Virus record (IMG/VR): IMGVR_UViG_3300030107_004497 | Source of the DNA: an uncultured virus (IMG/VR IMGVR_UViG_3300030107_004497) | Lineage: Duplodnaviria; Heunggongvirae; Uroviricota; Caudoviricetes; Crassvirales | Strand: one strand, 5' to 3' | DNA length: 20,000 bases | Shown here: positions 13,213 through 20,000 of the stretch, piece by piece | Position numbering within the stretch: position 1 is the stretch's first letter | How the letters are laid out: the number at the start of each line of letters is the position of its first letter | The notes under the pieces: generated by a model | The model's input: the letters and a program-made list of their open reading frames with translations, nothing else | What the model was told of the DNA's origin: nothing | Database searches by the model: none | Program-made: the position numbers and the translations under genes

Positions 13213-15087
13213 TTATAAGCCTGTTATTTCACAAGATCCACCGGCACAGGCTAACTCACCAGATAGATTTGTTTCGTCAGTTTCTTCAATGATATTAGAC
13301 AAGTCTATTTCATTTAAAGACTTAACTCTTTTACTAAACTCTGTTTTTGTAATATCTTCAAACGGAGCTTGAGTATACGTTCCACCATCATAAGGTAAAA
13401 CTGATAAACCATTATAACACTCTCTATTTTCCCACATCCACTCACCAGCTTTTTTCCAATCACCTTCTTTTAAACTAATTGTTGCAGACACATTGTGAGT
13501 ATTGGATCCTTTACGGTGTCCAGGTTTAACCCATTCGGTAGCAACTTTTTTAACTCTTTTAAGTAAGTCAAAAGCAGACTCAGTTCTTAATATTGAACCT
13601 TTTGGAGCTGATTGTGGTATTTCAATAACAGCAGTATCATGTGGTCTAAAGTATTCGTCCTGTATTAAATCAGGATTATTTTTCTTTAAGTAACTATATA
13701 TAGGTTCATTTTTACCTACACGTAGTCTACGTATATAATAATCATTATGCCAAGCGTGGATACCTGAAGATGTACCAAGTACTAATGAAGTTGTTCCAGC
13801 TGGTTTAACACAAGTAGTTCTAGCTGCTTTGTTTATTCCTATTAACTTTGCTACTCTTGTGTTTTCTCTTTTTACTATACTTGCAGCTGCCTTCATATCC
13901 AGCGGGAGCACAGCGGCACTCCCTATTCCTGTCATTGACACACCTATAAGCGCGTCTTTCTCTGTTGTTTCTTGCCATATTTCTCTTAGATAGTGGAATT
14001 CCGTATAACCTGCTTGAAGCGTGCCAATAAAAGCCGCAGCTTTCACTCTATTATTTAGCTCTTCTTGGCTTGTGACGTCACTTACATTAACTTCGCACAA
14101 GTTACAGAACTGATATGGGCGTAAAGCTATTTCACAACAAGGATTAGTACCCCAATCTTTATCGTGATTAAAATATATACCAGGCTCACCAGCTCCGGAT
14201 AATTCAATACGTTTCCACAAATCTAAGAAAAACTCTTTTGTTATTTTATGTCTCATTAATACAGCAGAATTGTTAGCTCTACCTCTTTGTGGGTTTGTTT
14301 CCCACCAACTACCTGATTTACAGGATATCATTTCCTCATCATACGCGCTAAATAGCGATATAAGCGCGGCTCTTCGGATTCCTCCAGCAAGAACAGCATC
14401 TGCAATGTGGCAGATAATATCATGGACTTCAAGCGTTGTAAGTTGTACGCCATCTTCTTTTGCATCTAATATTCCTTTAATTTTTACTAAACATTCTTTT
14501 AATGGTTGTGGCCCTGGAGCTTTTCCCCCTGAGGTCACAAGTCTTGCTCCCTTTGGTCTAATATCCGAATAATCAAATTTTATCTTAGATGATCTCTTAG
14601 AGCCCAAATAAGACTTAATTAAAACCTTTACAGCATCTGACCAACCTTCAATACTATCACCAATAACAAATCTCCGTGTTCTTCCTTGAAAAGGTTTAGT
14701 TACATGAGGGAGTTTTTGTACGTGATGATTCTGCACTGAATAACCAACTCCGCAGCCAGATAAAAGCAAAAACATGCACTCACTAAAGCTATCAGTATGA
14801 TCAATAGGTAAATAACTACAGTTGTACAATCTGTTGGGAGATATCTCAATAGGTTTCCCGCTAAATTGTAACGAACGCATAGACGGTAAAACTTTCTTAT
14901 CATAAACGTATTTATAAGTTAATTGTATTTGATCTGTTAATTTTGGATATCTTTTTTGATGCATTTCCTTATTTCTCGTGACTAGTTCCTCCCAAGTTTC
15001 TCTTCTATTTAACTCAGGTATAAACTTAGCATACTTCATGTAGACTGTTAAGTCCGAAAGTATTTTTTTATTTACATCTTTATTCAT
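13213..15087 (-). CDS. nrdJ: Class II (adenosylcobalamin-dependent) ribonucleotide reductase
   Basis: LPSMRSLQF, YNCSY, GCGVGYS, GGIRRAALI, active-site TNPCCEI, CNLCEVN, KPAGTTS, and C-terminal redox tail ELACAGGSCEI. No nrdB-like small subunit is adjacent. Confidence 0.9.
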   Translation of the reverse strand: MNKDVNKKILSDLTVYMKYAKFIPELNRRETWEELVTRNKEMHQKRYPKLTDQIQLTYKYVYDKKVLPSMRSLQFSGKPIEISPNRLYNCSYLPIDHTDSFSECMFLLLSGCGVGYSVQNHHVQKLPHVTKPFQGRTRRFVIGDSIEGWSDAVKVLIKSYLGSKRSSKIKFDYSDIRPKGARLVTSGGKAPGPQPLKECLVKIKGILDAKEDGVQLTTLEVHDIICHIADAVLAGGIRRAALISLFSAYDEEMISCKSGSWWETNPQRGRANNSAVLMRHKITKEFFLDLWKRIELSGAGEPGIYFNHDKDWGTNPCCEIALRPYQFCNLCEVNVSDVTSQEELNNRVKAAAFIGTLQAGYTEFHYLREIWQETTEKDALIGVSMTGIGSAAVLPLDMKAAASIVKRENTRVAKLIGINKAARTTCVKPAGTTSLVLGTSSGIHAWHNDYYIRRLRVGKNEPIYSYLKKNNPDLIQDEYFRPHDTAVIEIPQSAPKGSILRTESAFDLLKRVKKVATEWVKPGHRKGSNTHNVSATISLKEGDWKKAGEWMWENRECYNGLSVLPYDGGTYTQAPFEDITKTEFSKRVKSLNEIDLSNIIEETDETNLSGELACAGGSCEITGL

Positions 15088-15220
15088 AAGTTGTTAAACA
15101 AATGTCAGCAAAAGGAATATAAATAACGTGATTTGTTTTTAATTCTTCTTTATATGTTCTAAAGCCTAATAATATTCCGGGATAAAAACCGAAACTTAAT
15201 TCCCAATCATTTTTTCTCAT
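15080..15220 (-). CDS. 46-aa hypothetical protein (MRKNDWELSFGFYPGILLGFRTYKEELKTNHVIYIPFADICLTTYE), not in the ORF track
   Basis: Read by hand. Fills the gap between the endonuclease stop (15222) and the nrdJ start, and its stop overlaps the nrdJ 5' end. Confidence 0.6.
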   Translation of the reverse strand: MRKNDWELSFGFYPGILLGFRTYKEELKTNHVIYIPFADICLTTYE

Positions 15221-15221
15221 A

Positions 15222-15668
15222 TTATTTATTTTTATTTAATATTAATTCTATTACTTTGTCACATTCCTTCTGGTTTTGAGGTTTATATAAAGTTACATGT
15301 TTCATCTTATGATTTACATATTTTTTAAACATTTTCCAACGTATTGGGAAGCTTTCGTTAGCTCTACCTTTACATTCAATTATAAATGAATCACTTACAA
15401 AATCAGGCGTATATTTAATTGGTAATATCTTTTTACAACCTCTATTTACCATCTCACCTTTACCATTGCTTTGTCTTTCATAACTTTCGTTTTCAAACTG
15501 AAAACCTTCTTGTAAAGTAAACGTACACCCTTCGTATACAGCGTGTATTTTAGCTTTCTTTAATGCTTGATACATATAACGTTCTAAACCTGAAGCAAAT
15601 TGTATCCCGTCGAATGTGACTTTTTTTGCTCTAACAGGACCACGTTTGCGTTTATATTTCTTCTTCAT
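15222..15668 (-). CDS. PD-(D/E)XK nuclease, T7 endonuclease I-like (resolvase/host DNA degradation)
   Basis: FASGLE...ALKKAKI...YE...YTPDFV...IIECKG matches the T7 gp3-like pattern (FRSGLE/YTPDF/ETKG). Start placed at MKKKYKR (15668) rather than 15710. Confidence 0.8.
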   Translation of the reverse strand: MKKKYKRKRGPVRAKKVTFDGIQFASGLERYMYQALKKAKIHAVYEGCTFTLQEGFQFENESYERQSNGKGEMVNRGCKKILPIKYTPDFVSDSFIIECKGRANESFPIRWKMFKKYVNHKMKHVTLYKPQNQKECDKVIELILNKNK

Positions 15669-16002
15669 CGTCGTAATAAGATTCACGGTTATAATCAACA
15701 TAATTATCATCCCTATGTCTATCTATTAACGCTTCTTCAGATAAGTCTTGCAACTCTTCGCGTGCAGCTTGTATATATAATATTGCATCCATTAATTCTT
15801 CTTGAACATCATTTAAATACTTAGTCAAGCCTTTCATTTTAAGTCTACGTTCATCATCTAATGTTGACCCATATTTTTCAAAACCAATATCTGATCTCTC
15901 AACAAATTTATCTACAACGTGTCTAACCACTGGGTCTCTAAACCCATATGATTTTCTTGAATCTATACCATTTTTGGCATCCATAATTTCTCTACTACTC
16001 AT
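15652..16002 (-). CDS. Hypothetical phage protein, possible all-alpha NTP pyrophosphatase-like
   Basis: RSDIGFEKYGSTLD...YLNDVQEELMDAILY carries an acidic EExxD helix. It neighbours the MazG-domain gene. Confidence 0.5.
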   Translation of the reverse strand: MSSREIMDAKNGIDSRKSYGFRDPVVRHVVDKFVERSDIGFEKYGSTLDDERRLKMKGLTKYLNDVQEELMDAILYIQAAREELQDLSEEALIDRHRDDNYVDYNRESYYDDEEEI

Positions 16003-16004
16003 AA

Positions 16005-16844
16005 TTAATCTTTTTTAAATGTTCCATTACTCATTTTACCTGTTCTATCTTTTATTTCGTTGTATGCTTGTGCTATACACTCTTCTATTGACGTGCCACA
16101 GAGATGCGCTAAATTAGTTAATACAACTACACAATCACCAATACCATCTATAATTTCTGGTTCATCTTTTTTAAGCACAGCTCTACATATTTCGCCAGCT
16201 TCTTCCATGAGTTTTAATGTTTGTGTTTTAGGATCACCTTTATGATACAATCCTCTTTCTTCAGCCCAAGTTCTAATTAAATCAAAATGACTTGCTTTTC
16301 CATTAGACTTTCTACCATCAGCGCCAACTGGAAACAAACCTCCAGTTCTAGGATACTCATCTCTTACGTGTAAATCTGCTAAAGTCTTATAAGCATCGTT
16401 ATTGTCAAACCACCTAGCAAATGCTTTGTTATATATATAACATCTTTCTGGATTGTACTTAGAGGTTACTACATTTTTCATTATCCATTTTATAGACTCC
16501 TTAGTAATAATACAGCTTCCGTGTTCTGTCTCCCATTTCATATTTTTATTATCCATAAGTTGTCCTTTTAGTTTATTAATAGGACATGGAAATGTTGTTG
16601 TTTGTTCTGTTACGTTTATATTCATGTTATTAAATTTAAGTTCATTATAAGGTACTTCGTCTACTTTGTAGCCGTAGCACTTTTGCATTATTATTTCACC
16701 TTTTGATATAAAATCTATATCATCAGATGTTTCTATTATTTCGTATTCACCTGGATAATAACCTTGTTGCTTGTGAACACGCTCTTCAAGATTAGTTGTT
16801 ACACCAATCTTTTTTCCTGGTATATGATATATATAATATGTCAT
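16005..16844 (-). CDS. Fusion: N-terminal GIY-YIG-like domain + unknown middle + C-terminal MazG-like nucleotide pyrophosphohydrolase
   Basis: N-term YYIYHIPGKKIGVTTNLEERVHKQ...YEIIE...E. C-term IRTWAEERGL...QTLKLMEEAGEI...IIDGIGDCVVVL...AYNEIKDRTG carries the MazG EExxE/DxxxD motif. Confidence 0.75.
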   Translation of the reverse strand: MTYYIYHIPGKKIGVTTNLEERVHKQQGYYPGEYEIIETSDDIDFISKGEIIMQKCYGYKVDEVPYNELKFNNMNINVTEQTTTFPCPINKLKGQLMDNKNMKWETEHGSCIITKESIKWIMKNVVTSKYNPERCYIYNKAFARWFDNNDAYKTLADLHVRDEYPRTGGLFPVGADGRKSNGKASHFDLIRTWAEERGLYHKGDPKTQTLKLMEEAGEICRAVLKKDEPEIIDGIGDCVVVLTNLAHLCGTSIEECIAQAYNEIKDRTGKMSNGTFKKD

Positions 16845-17497
16845 ATTTTATCATTATATAAATGCATGTTATGCGCAAAATGATAATATACACCATTGTT
16901 AATATTTAGTTTTTTTGCAACCATAGCTTGTAACATTGAAAAACAATATTGATCATTACAAAAACCATACCATAAATCATTTGAACGCATAGTCACGCAC
17001 ATTTCTAATCTATTATTTATTATTGTAAATTGTACAGCGTAAGTACATGGTGTATCATGACTATAATCATCAATCTCTTTACCGTCATATATAGATATTG
17101 CACATTGTCTGTTGTCAGGATTGTCTTGTAACATTTGTATTACTCTATCTAGTTGACCATTACGCTCCCATTGGTAACCATAGTTAGAGTTTACATTGCC
17201 TTTACCATCAGCCATACGTTTCCATATCTCAGGCACTTTACCATATATATCTCCTAATGTATTTATATTAGGATCACCAGTTAAATACCATTGCCATTCA
17301 GCTTCAGCGTAATCTTGCTTCCAAGCTCTTTCTCTATTTATTATTTTATTATCTGTAGGGTTTGTTATATAAAAACCCACATTAAATAAAGCTTTTGTAT
17401 CACCAAAACTTACCCCTTCTTGTAATATTTTATCGTGTAAATACTCATAAGCTTCATTTGCATTCCTAAATATTTTATTATTTATTGTATTTATCAT
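16841..17497 (-). CDS. Thymidylate-synthase-fold pyrimidine-modifying enzyme, dCMP hydroxymethylase (T4 gp42)-like
   Basis: NSNYG, catalytic DTPCT, MRSNDLWYGFCND and HNMHLY. The residue equivalent to E. coli ThyA Asn177 is Asp. Confidence 0.8.
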   Translation of the reverse strand: MINTINNKIFRNANEAYEYLHDKILQEGVSFGDTKALFNVGFYITNPTDNKIINRERAWKQDYAEAEWQWYLTGDPNINTLGDIYGKVPEIWKRMADGKGNVNSNYGYQWERNGQLDRVIQMLQDNPDNRQCAISIYDGKEIDDYSHDTPCTYAVQFTIINNRLEMCVTMRSNDLWYGFCNDQYCFSMLQAMVAKKLNINNGVYYHFAHNMHLYNDKI

Positions 17498-17504
17498 GTT
17501 TTTA

Positions 17505-17783
17505 TTATCCTTTATCGTTTGTATTTGGTTTGTAATAGTGTTTATAATATTCTAAAAACTTATCATAAACATTTTCGTCTTCATATTTACCTGGGTCTGT
17601 GTGTGTTTTATTATTTATATGTATATCTATTTTCCACCGATTCATATCATCTTTCCAATCAGGATGTATACTTACGCTAACACCTCTGTTTATACACCAA
17701 CCAATCATTTTTATTTCTTCTGGACTCCAACTTCTTGTAGGTGGCTTTTTACTTGGTGATTTTTGCCATCTTTTAAAAGCCAT
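17505..17783 (-). CDS. Hypothetical protein
   Basis: 92-aa ORF with TAATG overlap to the primase-helicase stop, in operon orientation. Confidence 0.65.
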   Translation of the reverse strand: MAFKRWQKSPSKKPPTRSWSPEEIKMIGWCINRGVSVSIHPDWKDDMNRWKIDIHINNKTHTDPGKYEDENVYDKFLEYYKHYYKPNTNDKG

Positions 17784-19498
17784 TATGATTCCCAGGGCAT
17801 TGGTTCACCGTCTTCAACTAATGTTTCGTGCGGTATAAAACTACCAGATCTAGGCTCCCAAGTAAAATGAGCTTCAGCTCCATTTTCACCTAAATTTTGA
17901 AATTTAACTTTAAGCACTTTAACTTTTGTTGTTTTTGCTTCGTAGTCTCTATGTACCAATAATCCATGGTAACTAGCATCGTACCATTCACCACCTCCTT
18001 TGATATTGTACATTGTTGGTTCTTCAATTTTTCCATCTTGTGTTTTATACATTTTAGTTGGATGTGCTACAATAAATGTAAGTACATCATATTTTTTACA
18101 AAAAGCTTCTATTTTAGCTAAATAATCCATAGTATAACGATTCACATCATCTGATTTAGCATCTACATCTCTAATTTTATTAAATGGATCAAGTACTAAA
18201 CATTTAATACCTTTACGCTTAACTAATTCAGCACCTTTACGTAACACGGCTTCTAAGCTATATTTATCCATATCAATAAAAAAATAATTATCATTAACAT
18301 GATTAGTTACTTGCTGCCATTTATCATTACCAATATCATCTGTTCTAGGCATATCTTGCCAATGTTTACGCATTAGTTTATGAGCATGTAAATATACCGG
18401 TTGATTTTCTGGACTTGCATACGCAGTTTTCCAACCATAGTTATTGTTATAACCAACAACCATTTGATCAACAAAGTCAGACTTACCAGAACTAGGAATA
18501 CCAGTAACAGTAATAAACTGACCAGTGTAAGTACTAAATATTTTATCAAAGTTTTTAAGTCCAATTTGATAACCGGGTTTAAAACCGTTTTTAACAAAGT
18601 CTCTAAGCTCATCTTCTACATCTTTTAATGTTGATACGTTTTCTAATGGTACAGGTCGCGCGGTATGTATAGCATCACGCAGTGATTCAGCGCCATGTTC
18701 TAATAAATAGTCGTTAGCATCTTTATTACCGTTAAAATCTATTATATAACAGACTTCAGCACCAAGACGTCTAACAAGCTCACGTTGCAACATTTGACCA
18801 GGTTCATCAGCATCAACAGCTAATATAATTCTAGTCTTATCATCAAAATAATCTATACAATTATCTAAGTAATCAAGATTATTATTGTTTAATGTAGCAC
18901 CATTGGGTACTGATATTGCATTTGGTACTCCAGCTTCATGTAATGCTAACACATCCATTTCGCCTTCAACTATAACACAAGTATCATAACCTACAATACT
19001 ATTAATATTATAAAATACTTTTTCAGCACCTTTAAATAACTTAAAGTTTTTTCTACCATCTCTGTATTTTACGTTAATCAATTGATCACCCATAAAATAA
19101 TTGAACTGAATAGTATTCTCTTGTTTACCTGTCTGAGGCATAAACTCAGGACCTTCAGAAACCTGAAGATCTCTAAGTGTTTGTTTTGATATACCTCTTG
19201 TACCGAACCATGTTTCAACATTCGTACTTACCTCGTTAAAGTTGGCCGGCGTTTCCGGTCTAACATAGACACGTTCGCTACTGCCCTTGCGTTGATAAGT
19301 ATGAAGTTGAAAAGTAGTATTACAGTTGTGACAAGTACCGAGACCACGTTCCCAATCATAGCTAGCACATTGTGCTTTCTGGTTCTTAGGTTTCCTAGTA
19401 TGCGAACACAGAGGACAAACCCCCTGTGTTGCATTTTCTTTTAGGCTATGTTGATTGAATTTATCAATCAAAAATCCATTGATCTCCTCTACACTCAT
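17783..19498 (-). CDS. Bifunctional DNA primase-helicase (T7 gp4/Twinkle-like)
   Basis: Zn ribbon CPLC...CHNC. TOPRIM motifs IVEGEMD, DADEPG, KDAND. SF4 helicase Walker A TGIPSSGKS, Walker B LVLDP, and IVAHP. Confidence 0.93.
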   Translation of the reverse strand: MSVEEINGFLIDKFNQHSLKENATQGVCPLCSHTRKPKNQKAQCASYDWERGLGTCHNCNTTFQLHTYQRKGSSERVYVRPETPANFNEVSTNVETWFGTRGISKQTLRDLQVSEGPEFMPQTGKQENTIQFNYFMGDQLINVKYRDGRKNFKLFKGAEKVFYNINSIVGYDTCVIVEGEMDVLALHEAGVPNAISVPNGATLNNNNLDYLDNCIDYFDDKTRIILAVDADEPGQMLQRELVRRLGAEVCYIIDFNGNKDANDYLLEHGAESLRDAIHTARPVPLENVSTLKDVEDELRDFVKNGFKPGYQIGLKNFDKIFSTYTGQFITVTGIPSSGKSDFVDQMVVGYNNNYGWKTAYASPENQPVYLHAHKLMRKHWQDMPRTDDIGNDKWQQVTNHVNDNYFFIDMDKYSLEAVLRKGAELVKRKGIKCLVLDPFNKIRDVDAKSDDVNRYTMDYLAKIEAFCKKYDVLTFIVAHPTKMYKTQDGKIEEPTMYNIKGGGEWYDASYHGLLVHRDYEAKTTKVKVLKVKFQNLGENGAEAHFTWEPRSGSFIPHETLVEDGEPMPWES

Positions 19499-19804
19499 CT
19501 AAAACGGTAAGTCATCCGCTGGAGCAGCTGGCGCTGCTTGAGCAGGAGCACCATCACGTGGCGCTGGTTCAACATTAGTTCCGTTACTCCAAACTACTTT
19601 TACATTTCCTAAGTAAGTCTTAGGTGCTTTCGCATCTCTTTCTTCTTTAGTTTGTTCTACAACTACAGGACCTTGATTTCCGAATTGATCTAATTCATCA
19701 TTCAAAGTAATTGTAATTGGTAAGTATTTACCTTTTTTACCTATAAAGATTTTGTCTTTAGGTATTTCGTTAAGATTAATACTTGCTTTAATAATACTTG
19801 CCAT
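19499..19804 (-). CDS. Probable single-stranded DNA-binding protein
   Basis: About 80-aa beta-rich core, then a Pro/Ala linker and acidic DDLPF C-terminal tip. Directly upstream of the primase-helicase. Confidence 0.7.
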   Translation of the reverse strand: MASIIKASINLNEIPKDKIFIGKKGKYLPITITLNDELDQFGNQGPVVVEQTKEERDAKAPKTYLGNVKVVWSNGTNVEPAPRDGAPAQAAPAAPADDLPF

Positions 19805-19972
19805 TTAATAATTATTTATTTGGTTAAACATTCTTGTTAATTGCTCTTTAGTTGCACCAGTGTTTCTTCTCATATTATCTACAGCTTTAACATGGTTTTG
19901 GTTTGCGTAGAAATTATTAACACTAGTTTTAATTCCTGTTACAGAACATACTTTTGATTTTGTTCTTGCCAT
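19805..19972 (-). CDS. 55-aa basic hypothetical protein (MARTKSKVCSVTG...QINNY), not in the ORF track
   Basis: Read by hand. ATG at 19972 with an AT-rich leader, and its TAA abuts the SSB ATG. Confidence 0.6.
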   Translation of the reverse strand: MARTKSKVCSVTGIKTSVNNFYANQNHVKAVDNMRRNTGATKEQLTRMFNQINNY

Positions 19973-20000
19973 AATTAATTGGTTTAAAGGGTTTTGCTTA

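Noticed and set aside
15669..15710. N-terminal extension MIIMLIITVNLITT of the endonuclease as a signal or TM segment
   Set aside because: It overlaps the upstream gene's 3' end, and the ATG at 15668 gives a normal basic nuclease N-terminus.
16841..17497. Calling this gene canonical thyA
   Set aside because: It has Asp at the Asn177-equivalent position and PCT instead of PCH, which fit dCMP-type enzymes better. No gene symbol assigned.
410..19434. Short antisense or nested ORFs in the track (410-640, 892-1110, 2506-2907, 5660-5911, 9700-9949, 10769-11122, 12517-12738, 13190-14903, 15600-15824, 16060-16650, 17599-17838, 18373-18628, 19228-19434)
   Set aside because: All overlap well-supported genes, have no recognisable motifs and break the clear two-block strand organisation or duplicate an occupied region.
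19496..19501. Amber read-through or TAG recoding fusing SSB to primase-helicase
   Set aside because: DDLPF is a typical free SSB C-terminus. Genes are full length under code 11 with no TAG-fragmented ORFs, and similar zero-gap junctions use TAA.
19973..20000. End of an upstream minus-strand gene (...SKTL*)
   Set aside because: Too little sequence in the window to support a call.

Overview
AT-rich fragment of a tailed dsDNA phage genome. The host is very probably Bacteroidota/Flavobacteriia: there are no Shine-Dalgarno motifs, leaders are A-rich, signal peptides are followed by Gln, and the window encodes a T9SS-like C-terminal tail and an Hc1-like gene. Two convergent modules meet at a perfect 10-bp hairpin terminator (about 12253-12276). 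The plus strand (1-12249) carries the 3' part of a giant multidomain 'polyvalent' protein (HNH-like, HAD phosphatase, helical region, two CCCH fingers), a cluster of host-like exported proteins (beta-barrel, CXXC-less thioredoxin fold, MAM + 13 Cys-repeat protein with a T9SS-like tail), tandem paralogous virion-type beta proteins and an M15 peptidase endolysin. The minus strand (12283-20000) carries SSB, a T7 gp4/Twinkle-type primase-helicase, a thymidylate-synthase-fold enzyme, a GIY-YIG-like/MazG fusion, a second putative all-alpha NTP pyrophosphatase, an endonuclease I-like nuclease, class II RNR, a small beta-barrel and an Hc1-like protein. Best leads: (1) a compact cytosine-modification cassette, because the TS-fold enzyme has the dCMP-type Asp of T4 gp42 and overlaps the nuclease-MazG fusion; (2) a phage-encoded envelope/T9SS cargo module; (3) repeated [QS]-[FY]-S-K motifs at domain borders of the giant protein. 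All calls come from motif reading by eye; no database search was run.
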